Positions 1-11,502 of a stretch of 64,000 bases of DNA are shown piece after piece. The translations under genes were made by a program, and so were the position numbers. The notes beneath the pieces were generated by a model. That model had not been told where the DNA came from, searched no databases, and saw only the letters and a program-made list of their open reading frames with translations. This DNA comes from Macrostomum lignano (lineage: Eukaryota): NCBI GenBank assembly GCA_002269645.1, contig NIVC01000069.1, positions 248,001-312,000 of the forward strand, in the 5' to 3' direction. Position 1 is the first letter of the stretch, and the number at the start of each line of letters is the position of its first letter.

Positions 1-562
1 TCTTAGAAAAGTTAAACCTAGTTTTTTAATTTAGTTTTCTATTTTTTGTGAAGGACTGGCTATTCTTTCTGATCAAAATTTAGCTACTGTAACTATGTAC
101 ATAGAGACTATGCCAAATATAAACTTAATCATTTTTGTATTTTGATTGTATAGTTTGATTAGGACTTAGAACTTTTGGTCATATCTGCTGTTTCAGCAAT
201 TTCTATACACATAGAGGGGTATGTCATAAGTACAAGCTACGAGGGATATTCCATAAGTACTTATACTTTTGCATGCTGCTCAGGAACTACGCAACCAATC
301 ATTGTAAGTTTTATGTTGCTGGAAAGCGGCTTTACTCATCTTTAATCTGTTGCCAAAATCATTTCGTTCCATCAACTATGTCAAAAGTTACAATAAAAAA
401 TGTAGTCAAAGGTCACCCATAGACTTACAAGAAATTTTCAAAGTCAAAACTTCAAAGTTCAGCACGCAGAGTTATTTCCGATTCTGCATAATGCATTCTT
501 TTTTTGCTTCATAAGTGAATGCCACACCCTTTTCGTCTATGGAAAATACTGGCCTAAGCTTT

Positions 563-623
563 CACAGCATCTTAATCTTAAGATCACAGCATCTTAATCT
601 TAAGATCACAGCATCTTAATCTT
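563..623. repeat. 22-bp tandem repeat (cacagcatcttaatcttaagat), ~3 copies
   Basis: Read directly; lies inside the mariner derivative. Confidence 0.85.
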
Positions 624-721
624 GTAAAGTTTCACCACCTTGGCTGCTGCTGCATCACCATGGATGTGAACTCAAGGGAAGGACAGCCCGCTGCAATTTT
701 TACCCTCTGGAAACTCGGAAA

Positions 722-1018
722 GCAGACTTTGCTTTATTTCCAGAGTTGAAGCGCCATCTGAAAGGATGCGTGTATGAGACCAGGAACCAGATCAAGGAGG
801 AAGTCTGCAGAATTCTGCTGTACATCATCCCCCAACAGCTGTACACAGAAGCCATCAACAGCATGTTTAACAGGTGGACCAAGTGCATCAACTCCGGTGG
901 AAACTACGTTAAGAAGGTGTCGGTACTGACCGAGGATGAGTTACAAAGAAGTCAAACTTTTTGTCATCAACAACGCGCCTCTGTTTTAATGCTTGCCATT
1001 GTAGTTGTTGCTCTTTAA
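722..1018 (+). pseudogene. Mariner transposase C-terminal fragment
   Basis: DFALFPELKRHLKG...NRWTKCINSGGNYVKK matches the mariner C-terminal pattern (DF.LFP.LK..L.G...RW.KCI...G.Y.EK); the upstream catalytic region is missing. Confidence 0.8.
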
Positions 1019-1377
1019 ATTTCTTGTGAGTCTAAGGGTGACCTTTGACTACATTTTTTATTGTAACTTTTGACATGGTTGACAGAACGAAATGATTAAT
1101 TGGTGACAGATTAAAGATGAGTAAAGCCGCTTTCCAGCGACATAAAACTTACAATGATTGGTTGCGTAGTTCCTGAGCAGCATGCAAAAGTATAAGTACT
1201 TATGGAACATCCCTCGTATATGCCAAGAGGGCACGCCAGGCCCCTCTATATGCCAAGTTGTATGCCAATAATGTATCCTAGGTCCCTCTGTATGCCAGGA
1301 TTTTCTGGTATACATGTATATTATATATTATCCAGAATCTAGATTGCATGGCATAGGCCTATCTGAAGGCTGCATAT

Positions 1378-1584
1378 GCTATTTAGTCCAAGGACTAGAA
1401 GGTCACTACACATACCCTAAATTATCTTAGCTAATGCTGGTACCCATTTTATAGCTGGGTGAACTAAAGCAATGCAGAGTTAAGTGTCTTGTTCAAGGAC
1501 ACAAATTGTTCCAAATGAATCAGGAATTGAACCTTCAACCTTCAAGTTATAAGTCCAATGCTTTGACCTCTAGGCTACAATCCC
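1378..1584 (-). mobile_element. tRNA-derived SINE
   Basis: Minus strand starts GGGATTGTAGCCTAGAGG (A-box-like)...GGTTCAATTCC (B-box), followed by a core containing GTGTCCTTGAACAAGACACTTAAC and CACCCAGCTATAAAATGGGTACC, typical of invertebrate core-domain SINEs. Confidence 0.72.
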
Positions 1585-2989
1585 TTATAAATATAAATAT
1601 TAAAAATAGTATTTATGAAAAAATAAATATTTATAAACATAGGGCCTAAACAAAAAATAGTATATAGAAAGATTGTGGAAATTTTTATTTTTAGATAGTC
1701 TTGTACTTTTAACATTAATTGTTTGTTGTCATGTTAATTGTTAGTTGTGTTTTTATGGTTTTTATGGTGTTTTTAATAAGGTCTTTATTTTATCATTATC
1801 TCATTTTAAACTCATAATGCTAACCTCATATTTAATACCCCTAAATGACATTTGATTTTGTCACTAATGCTGAAATTCCAAAAGACAAATTAAGTTTTAT
1901 TACTTCATAATCCAGATCTTATTTAGCTTATGTCAGATTAAAATTTCAGCTTTTCTTAGATTTATTTCAAATTTAGTGCAAAGGAGTTAAAAGAACTTAA
2001 AAAGTACATTCACTATAGTGTAAAAACTGAAAAAGGAAAACTTTAAATTAAAAAAGCTTTTATGCAAACAAAAGATACATGAAGATATGATGTTAATAAC
2101 ATTGCTAATTAACTAATTAAATACATTTTAGTCTAGTTTTTGTTTTAGTTTTCTTTACCAAAACTTTTTAAAAAACAATTAGCATATAATCTTTTACAAA
2201 TATTCAAAATAAAATTACACAAACCATGCAACATATTTTTGTAGCTTGCCTGAAAACAAAGTAAAAATCACTAATTTGTTATCATTTTAAAAAATATATA
2301 AATGTCTAATATTTTCCACAGTTTTAAATGCTAGGCCTATCTGTTTTGCTATTCACCCTTGGTTTGCCACAATTGACACTAGCAAGATTAGTTTAATTTC
2401 TTGGCAATTATCCATGTTTGTGTGCAAGCTTACATTTTAAGACATAACAAATAGATAGTATAAAATATAAAATGTATATAGCACTGGGCCTATATTTGAA
2501 ATAGAGATATTTATACTACTAACTCTATATATAATAATTTATAACTAGCAGTTAAACCAAGCATGCTTTTCTATTTGATTTTATTCTTCATAATATATTA
2601 AGATATTCGTATAGTTCTTAATTCAAATTGATACCCAGCATTTCTAGCATAAATTATTTTATGTAGCCTAAGTTTAAAACTATAATTTCTTATGTTTTTG
2701 AAGTTTTGGTATATTTAATGAATATTTTTTCTAAGCCTCATATTTATTATCCACTTTTCATGTAAAACATTAAGATGTCAATAATTTTATAATTATTCAG
2801 ATTTTTTAGATTCCAATGTTTCTTTAAATTGTCAAAATTAAGTAGGCCCAACCTTAAAACCATGGAGTCAGCAAAAAACCTCAAAGCATAACAATGCAAA
2901 GTATAGGATATAGATACCAGGTACTAGTATTTTATTTGATTTTGACAACAACAACAAAATATGAAGTTCTGTGTGTAAGGTCACATACA

Positions 2990-3400
2990 GTTAGAGCAGG
3001 GTGCATCAGATAGCACACCACAGAGCATGTGAGTAGGTATAGCAGGCAGTTCACATATTGACATGTTTGGGCCTGACTCTGCCTTAACAGGCCTTGCAAG
3101 GTGAGCAGCAGGATGTCCTAAACAGGTTGGGGCAGTAGCCCTAGGCTTGGATCACGTGGCCTACCAATTGAAGTCACCGCCAGTGCAGGATGGTAGACAG
3201 GTGTTGCAGCTTAGCCCAATCATTCAGGGCCTCAGTCCCGATGCTCTTGTTAAGAGGATGGCCTGCATCGAATGGAAGGCTGTCCAGGCAAGTCTGTGCA
3301 TCAGAGGTCTTCCTCCATGTGGGGCAACAGGCTGCCAAGATAGGTGAACCACTGGCAGTATGCAAGCTTGATTGTCTGCCCATCTGTGCCGCGTGTCTAT
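2990..3400 (-). mobile_element. Degenerate RTE-like LINE 3' fragment (copy 1)
   Basis: Minus-strand remnants WFTYLGSLLP, LAWTAFHSMQAIL and LVGHVIQA*GYCP resemble the RTE-like copy at 17190-18605 (AWGAFRTMRTVL, LIGHVIRAEQYCP). Confidence 0.6.
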
Positions 3401-4548
3401 TAAACTTAATATGGTTAATATAACTAACAGCACTATAACAATAGGGCTGCAAAAATTCTGTGAAGTATGTTGTGTACCATTCTCTATGCATTTTCAATTC
3501 TATGTAAGAAACACCTGTGAACTGCCTGCTTTAAGTTTATTAAACATTTTTGCTATGGAGTGCTTTTGGGATGCTTTACCTTTAATTACATGTCTTTAAA
3601 AATTTTTAATTAGGTATAATTTATCTAAAGTATTTAGAAGCCTAAAATTTTGGAATAGACTGTAAAGAGTATTTTATAATAATGAAAAGAGTATCAAGAA
3701 AATTTGTTTCCACAATAGTCCCTCGGGATTGAACATATTTTCATATTGAATTTATGGCTTGTCATATTTTGAGTAGATACAAACTTCTATCTTTTGTGAT
3801 CTTTGAGTGGAGTGGAAAGTTATTCCCAAATAGAATCATTTCATCGACAAAACATTTATAATTTAGATCTCATGGTGATAATTATTTGTATTTATTCGGA
3901 TCGAATGACTGAAGTGATGAAATTGAAAACTTAATCGCGTTCATTTTGCAGGAAGCGAATCCAAGTTTGTCTATGTACATCACTTTTCACAAGTACTTGA
4001 TACTTTTGCACACGTTTTAATGTACTGGATGAAGCATTTATTGTATAAATTGCTTGGAACGACTAGACTTAGAAAGTGAACACTGGGAGTGAAGCCTGAA
4101 ATCTCTTCTGTCAGACAAGACTTGTCAAATTTGTGGGGGCGGCAGGGTTAGCTAAGGCAGGAATGAAGGCCTGTGTACATTCATATCATCACGCCCTCTA
4201 GTGTGAGTGCCAAGTGCGTGGGCAGCCTGCAGGCCGCCCTCAGGCTCAACCCCTTCAACTTCAACCCCCATTAGTCAGACTGCCGCCCACCTCTGCAGCC
4301 AACCAGAGAGCAGCCAATTCCGCTGTCTCCTGATCAGCTGATTCTAGTCGGCGTTGCCCCAGCTCTACATCACCCTATTAAGTAGTTCCCGGCGCAACTT
4401 TATCTGTTTATATCTTCTAAACCAAACATCCGATCGGAATAAAAATCAATACACTTCCTCATCATACATTAAATTACATGCCTGTAAAATTTGTCAATGT
4501 ACAGAAATAAAGGTCAATTTTTGTTAAAGAATAACGTCTGTAAAGCAA

Positions 4549-4971
4549 TCTTATATACTAAATCTGAAAATGTTTGTAACTTTGTTTATAAGTTTCGCAT
4601 CTCCTCTTGAACCACTTGGTAGATTTTCGTCAAATTTGTTTCATTCGATGTGGAATTCTATTGGGACCATGTGGTCTAATTTTCATTTTGATGTCGTAGT
4701 GTGAAGCCTCTCAAATTGGAGAAATACTGTATTTCGCCTATCTAATTAGTGTATTTTTCTCGCAGTCAGAGTTAAATTTTCAATTTTATATCTATGGTGG
4801 TCCGTGAAGTTGACTACGCGGCAGCAGCATCAGCAGCAGCAGCAGCGGCTCGAGTCTAAATAAAGTCTTTCAATATATAAAGCTAATTATATAGTGTATT
4901 TTTCTCGCATTGATTTTATAACCTTGAAGTTCTTTAAGGTGAGTTCAACCGGTGAGTTCAACAGTCAGTCT
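4549..4971 (+). mobile_element. Truncated 5' end of the Helitron, inside duplication unit 1
   Basis: A|TCTTATATACTAAATCTG start, near-identical to 7979-8401; cut at the duplication breakpoint. Confidence 0.7.
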
Positions 4972-6419
4972 AGTCGGTCAGTCTAAGGGATTGTAGCCTC
5001 TAGGCTACAATCCCTTATAAATATAAATATTAAAAATAGTATTTATGAAAAAATAAATATTTATAAACATAGGGCCTAAACAAAAAATAGTATATAGAAA
5101 GATTGTGGAAATTTTTATTTTTAGATAGTCTTGTACTTTTAACATTAATTGTTTGTTGTCATGTTAATTGTTAGTTGTGTTTTTATGGTTTTTATGGTGT
5201 TTTTAATAAGGTCTTTATTTTATCATTATCTCATTTTAAACTCATAATGCTAACCTCATATTTAATACCCCTAAATGACATTTGATTTTGTCACTAATGC
5301 TGAAATTCCAAAAGACAAATTAAGTTTTATTACTTCATAATCCAGATCTTATTTAGCTTATGTCAGATTAAAATTTCAGCTTTTCTTAGATTTATTTCAA
5401 ATTTAGTGCAAAGGAGTTAAAAGAACTTAAAAAGTACATTCACTATAGTGTAAAAACTGAAAAAGGAAAACTTTAAATTAAAAAAGCTTTTATGCAAACA
5501 AAAGATACATGAAGATATGATGTTAATAACATTGCTAATTAACTAATTAAATACATTTTAGTCTAGTTTTTGTTTTAGTTTTCTTTACCAAAACTTTTTA
5601 AAAAACAATTAGCATATAATCTTTTACAAATATTCAAAATAAAATTACACAAACCATGCAACATATTTTTGTAGCTTGCCTGAAAACAAAGTAAAAATCA
5701 CTAATTTGTTATCATTTTAAAAAATATATAAATGTCTAATATTTTCCACAGTTTTAAATGCTAGGCCTATCTGTTTTGCTATTCACCCTTGGTTTGCCAC
5801 AATTGACACTAGCAAGATTAGTTTAATTTCTTGGCAATTATCCATGTTTGTGTGCAAGCTTACATTTTAAGACATAACAAATAGATAGTATAAAATATAA
5901 AATGTATATAGCACTGGGCCTATATTTGAAATAGAGATATTTATACTACTAACTCTATATATAATAATTTATAACTAGCAGTTAAACCAAGCATGCTTTT
6001 CTATTTGATTTTATTCTTCATAATATATTAAGATATTCGTATAGTTCTTAATTCAAATTGATACCCAGCATTTCTAGCATAAATTATTTTATGTAGCCTA
6101 AGTTTAAAACTATAATTTCTTATGTTTTTGAAGTTTTGGTATATTTAATGAATATTTTTTCTAAGCCTCATATTTATTATCCACTTTTCATGTAAAACAT
6201 TAAGATGTCAATAATTTTATAATTATTCAGATTTTTTAGATTCCAATGTTTCTTTAAATTGTCAAAATTAAGTAGGCCCAAACTTAAAAACATGGAGTCA
6301 GCAAAAAACCTCAAAGCATAACAATGCAAAGTATAGGATATAGATACCAGGTACTAGTATTTTATTTGATTTTGACAACAACAACAAAATATGAAGTTCT
6401 GTGTGTAAGGTCACATACA

Positions 6420-6830
6420 GTTAGAGCAGGGTGCATCAGATAGCACACCACAGAGCATGTGAGTAGGTATAGCAGGCAGTTCACATATTGACATGTTTGG
6501 GCCTGACTCTGCCTTAACAGGCCTTGCAAGGTGAGCAGCAGGATGTCCTAAACAGGTTGGGGCAGTAGCCCTAGGCTTGGATCACGTGGCCTACCAATTG
6601 AAGTCACCGCCAGTGCAGGATGGTAGACAGGTGTTGCAGCTTAGCCCAATCATTCAGGGCCTCAGTCCCGATGCTCTTGTTAAGAGGATGGCCTGCATCG
6701 AATGGAAGGCTGTCCAGGCAAGTCTGTGCATCAGAGGTCTTCCTCCATGTGGGGCAACAGGCTGCCAAGATAGGTGAACCACTGGCAGTATGCAAGCTTG
6801 ATTGTCTGCCCATCTGTGCCGCGTGTCTAT
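6420..6830 (-). mobile_element. Degenerate RTE-like LINE 3' fragment (copy 2, in duplicated unit)
   Basis: Same sequence as 2990-3400, shifted by 3430 bp. Confidence 0.6.
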
Positions 6831-8734
6831 TAAACTTAATATGGTTAATATAACTAACAGCACTATAACAATAGGGCTGCAAAAATTCTGTGAAGTATGT
6901 TGTGTACCATTCTCTATGCATTTTCAATTCTATGTAAGAAACACCTGTGAACTGCCTGCTTTAAGTTTATTAAACATTTTTGCTATGGAGTGCTTTTGGG
7001 ATGCTTTACCTTTAATTACATGTCTTTAAAAATTTTTAATTAGGTATAATTTATCTAAAGTATTTAGAAGCCTAAAATTTTGGAATAGACTGTAAAGAGT
7101 ATTTTATAATAATGAAAAGAGTATCAAGAAAATTTGTTTCCACAATAGTCCCTCGGGATTGAACATATTTTCATATTGAATTTATGGCTTGTCATATTTT
7201 GAGTAGATACAAACTTCTATCTTTTGTGATCTTTGAGTGGAGTGGAAAGTTATTCCCAAATAGAATCATTTCATCGACAAAACATTTATAATTTAGATCT
7301 CATGGTGATAATTATTTGTATTTATTCGGATCGAATGACTGAAGTGATGAAATTGAAAACTTAATCGCGTTCATTTTGCAGGAAGCGAATCCAAGTTTGT
7401 CTATGTACATCACTTTTCACAAGTACTTGATACTTTTGCACACGTTTTAATGTACTGGATGAAGCATTTATTGTATAAATTGCTTGGAACGACTAGACTT
7501 AGAAAGTGAACACTGGGAGTGAAGCCTGAAATCTCTTCTGTCAGACAAGACTTGTCAAATTTGTGGGGGCGGCAGGGTTAGCTAAGGCAGGAATGAAGGC
7601 CTGTGTACATTCATATCGTCACGCCCTCTAGTGTGAGTGCCAAGTGCGTGGGCAGCCTGCAGGCCGCCCTCAGGCTCAACCCCTTCAACTTCAACCCCCA
7701 TTAGTCAGACTGCCGCCCACCTCTGCAGCCAACCAGAGAGCAGCCAATTCCGCTGTCTCCTGATCAGCTGATTCTAGTCGGCGTTGCCCCAGCTCTACAT
7801 CACCCTATTAAGTAGTTCCCGGCGCAACTTTATCTGTTTATATCTTCTAAACCAAACATCCGATCGGAATAAAAATCAATACACTTCCTCATCATACATT
7901 AAATTACATGCCTGTAAAATTTGTCAATGTACAGAAATAAAGGTCAATTTTTGTTAAAGAATAACGTCTGTAAAGCAATCTTATATACTAAATCTGAAAA
8001 TGTTTGTAACTTTGTTTATAAGTTTCGCATCTCCTCTTGAACCACTTGGTAGATTTTCGTCAAATTTGTTTCATTCGATGTGGAATTCTATTGGGACCAT
8101 GTGGTCTAATTTTCATTTTGATGTCGTAGTGTGAAGCCTCTCAAATTGGAGAAATACTGTATTTCGCCTATCTAATTAGTGTATTTTTCTCGCAGTCAGA
8201 GTTAAATTTTCAATTTTATATCTATGGTGGTCCGTGAAGTTGACTACGCGGCAGCAGCATCAGCAGCAGCAGCAGCGGCTCGAGTCTAAATAAAGTCTTT
8301 CAATATATAAAGCTAATTATATAGTGTATTTTTCTCGCATTGATTTTATAACCTTGAAGTTCTTTAAGGTGAGTTCAACCGGTGAGTTCAACGGTCAGTC
8401 TGTTCAACTTCGATTCATTCGTATTCGTGCTGGATTGGAGTGATTTGTCAACCGGTCGACCTGTCTGATCTTCTGTTTGCTGTTCGATTATTTGTCGGCC
8501 TGAACCGGTCGACCGGTCTCAACAATTTCATGTGAATGTGTCTCTTAGTTTTTGATACCTGGGCGCGGGTGTGCTGTCGCTCATGCCGAAGAGGAAGCGA
8601 AAGAGTGAGTTAGTAGAGTCGGGAAGCAAAATTGCGTCGTCGGCAGGAAACAGCGGAGGAGCGTAATTCGCGGCTTGAGAAACAACTAGAGTATAGTCTA
8701 ATACTTTACTCTATTTTGTTTCTAACCATTTTAG

Positions 8735-9491
8735 GTTGGCGAAGGTTCGATACCGAGTGATTCAGACGCCAATATCGTGCTACCACCCGAAATCGTTTTG
8801 CCTGGTGACGCTACTGTTGTTGATTTGATCCGGTTTGTATACCCAACGTTCGCTGGGATCGAAAACAGGGAGAAGTTTTTTGAGAGCCGCGTCATTTTAG
8901 CTCCACTAAACGACTCCGTTGATAAAATTAACGATGCATGTTTAGATTTATTTCCAGGCGTTGATCGCGAATATAGATCAATTGACAGTGTCGAGGATGA
9001 GGATGACTTGACGCACTATCCACCTGAAGTGCTGAATAGTATGGACGCACCTGGATTGCCAAAGCATCGGCTTCGTCTCAAATGCGGGATGCCTGTAGTT
9101 CTACTACGAAACTTAAACCCACCACGACTGTGCAACGGAACACGATTAATCATTAAGGAATTGCGAAACAATATCTTACAATGTCAAATTGCTGCTGGTC
9201 AATTCAAAGGCGAAACAGTTTTGTTGCCGCGCGTACCATTGATACCAAGTAATTTGGATCTACCTGTTAAGTTCAGAAGGCTACAATTTCCTCTACGACC
9301 CTGTTTCTGCATGACTATTCATAAAGCACAAGGCCAATCCCTTGACGTAGTTGGAATTGACCTTGCAGGTAGCTGTTTTGCGCATGGACAGCTCTACACT
9401 GCACTTTCCAGAGCAAAAAAATGTTTGTAATGTTCGAGTTCGAATGTGCGGCGAAAGAACCAAAAATATCGTTTACCCAGAAGTTTTTTGA
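8735..9491 (+). pseudogene. Helitron RepHel Pif1-like helicase, C-terminal exon only
   Basis: After acceptor ttttag|: VGEG...LAPLNDSVDKIN...LRNLNPPRLCNGTRL...RRLQFPLRPCFCMTIHKAQGQSLDVVGIDL...FAHGQLYTALSR. The terminal TKNIVYPEVF* is out of frame by one extra A in an A7 run at ~9415-9421. Confidence 0.9.
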
Positions 9492-9744
9492 ATTGGACGT
9501 CTTTATTATCTATTAATAATTTTTTACAATTCAATTTAAAAAAAATATGTTGCTATTTTACTACGAGAAACGATTAAATATTGAAAGTGCATGCTGTCAC
9601 GCAAAACGTCTATGAGAAAATGTGTGTCCTGAAACTGTATTTTTCGCGGAATGCATAAGCTTGAGATGCATTTCTAGCTTAAGATGAATTTCTAGCTGCA
9701 AGTAGTAAATTCCATTAAATTTGTCTTCATCGTTATGTTAAAAG

Positions 9745-10915
9745 ATGGCAAGCAAGCTAAGCAAGTTAACGATTTCTTCTCTCTCTGTCGGTCCCATGCG
9801 CGGCGTAGTCTCCGGAATTACTTCGTTAAGAACTGAGGTAAGCTTCCATAATTTGCTATTTTGCTTCATATATATACTTTTTTTATACAATCAATCCACT
9901 TAAACAACATCGTTTTTTACTAAACCAGATTAGGGATGGCAAGAAGAACAAATGGTTTTCGTTTTTGATGTCAGATGAGTCAGGTGAAATCAGAGTGGCA
10001 GTTTTTGGCGATGAGTTGCAAGAACACTGGAGCATTTGCGAAAACGGGCAAACAATCTCCATCCGTGAAGGAATGGTAAAGTGTGCTAATCCAAAATTCA
10101 ACCGAACAAGCAATATGCATGAAGTTACTCTGTCAATCAATGAGGATAACAAGGACTCTCTCCGCCAGTGTAGCGATGCGATAGTTCCCATAAATGGTCC
10201 GTTCAAAGCGCTCTCCGAACTACCAAGAATTGGAGTGAATGGGTAAGTCCATCCTCAAAATGTAGAATAAACAGGAAGATATATATACTTCACACATTTT
10301 CATTCTTCATATTTTCAGTTTTGTTGATGTTCTCGGTGTCATTGTCAAAGTGGAACAACCCGTTGACGTCAACACGCGTTCCGGAAAGTTGGTGCAGCTC
10401 GCAAAAGTCTGCATCGTAGACAAATCTGGTTTTCAGACTTTTTGCAACTTCTGGGACGCCTCTGCTACCCAGGTACATTTGTGGAGACCAGGAGACGTAG
10501 TCGCCATTAGAAAAGCCAAGATTCAAGAGTACGCCGGCTCGCTTTGTCTTGGTTGCTCATCATCAACTATTTCGTATTCGCCTGTTCACGACACTGCTCA
10601 AGATCTGAAAACCTGGTACGAAGAGTCCGAGAGCAGCACCCAATTTCTACCGCTAGCTAATAGCTCAACTATGGACATTACTGACACCGCAGCTGACGAC
10701 GTGCTTGCATTTGAATTCCCAGCGTCGATGCAGCCGCATATCGACCGGATGCGTCGAGTTGTTACCCGCTGTGGAGCGCAACGGGTACTTATATATACAT
10801 ATGTATATTAACGGGTATGATTTGACTTTTTAATAGTTTGTACTTGAAGAACACATTAATACACTTTCCATTTTAGTACGTCGGCCTGTTGAACATTTGT
10901 AACGAATTCCTATGA
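9745..10915 (+). CDS. RPA70 (RPA1)-like ssDNA-binding protein with tandem OB folds, Helitron-encoded; exons 9745-9837, 9929-10242, 10319-10784, probably 10877-10915 (~303 aa)
   Basis: GT-AG introns with compatible phases give an open frame. FSFLMSDESGEIRVAVF...VKCANPKFN resembles RPA70 DBD-A; VDVLGVI...IVDKSG...FW...VVAIRKAKIQEY...SSSTI...LKTWY resembles DBD-B. Last exon uncertain. Confidence 0.8.
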
Positions 10916-11502
10916 AAGATGGAAAGCTTACGGGAAACTCCCTGAAAAATACGGGAATCTGCTACAACCCCAAGTAACCGAGGATATTTTATGGTTAAAT
11001 AATTATTTAGGATATGCTGCAAGTAATTTTAGGTTGCTGTTTAAGTTAATCGTTGTCGATTACGTTAAGATTAAATGCTGCTGAAAATTTCAATTTGCTA
11101 GATCAAACTTTTGTTCTCAAACTTTCAAGCAAATTAACTACTACTTAAATTTGTTCCAGAATTTTTAATCGAATAAAACTAAACTAACCCAACTAACTAA
11201 ACTATACTAACTAACTAAATTCACCCGCAAAAATACAATTGTAACCTTATGCCACATGCTAAAAGTAATAATTAAAAGCGAGTCTCTGAAATAAAAAGTG
11301 ATAAGTTTGCCCGCAATAACTTCAACATGTCCATGGTCGGATGCTTTTCTTACTTGTTCTGTATATCAGCATACTTTTGAGTACAAAATGGACGTCGGTT
11401 TTATTTGATTGTTAATTTAGGCCTTAAAAATCCAATGGAAGATTGCGTCTAATCCAAAGAGAACTGTACAGTCTCCCCCCGAAGGGGGGGCAAATTCGCT
11501 AG

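Larger units (their letters stand above)
240..1216 (+). mobile_element. Non-autonomous mariner-like DNA transposon (internal deletion derivative) with ~200-bp TIRs
   Basis: Ends TA|CGAGGG...CCCTCG|TA (TA TSD at 238-239 and 1217-1218); 240-438 is the imperfect reverse complement of ~1017-1216; interior holds a mariner transposase C-terminus. Confidence 0.88.
1567..8401. repeat. Tandem segmental duplication: 3405-bp units at 1567-4971 and 4997-8401, with a 25-bp junction insert
   Basis: Constant 3430-bp offset (ORFs 3147/6577, 3174/6604); only a few substitutions seen (e.g. near 2862, 2870, 4198, 4963). Confidence 0.95.
7979..11502 (+). mobile_element. Non-autonomous Helitron (3.5 kb) carrying a helicase remnant and an RPA70-like gene
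   Basis: 5' A|TC terminus; 3' hairpin CCCCCC-GAAG-GGGGGG (11475-11490) then CTAG|T at 11499-11503; Pif1-family helicase fragment inside. Confidence 0.88.

Noticed and set aside
3147-3599. Short ORFs (also duplicated at 6577-7029) as host genes
   Set aside because: They overlap a decayed RTE fragment and AT-rich DNA.
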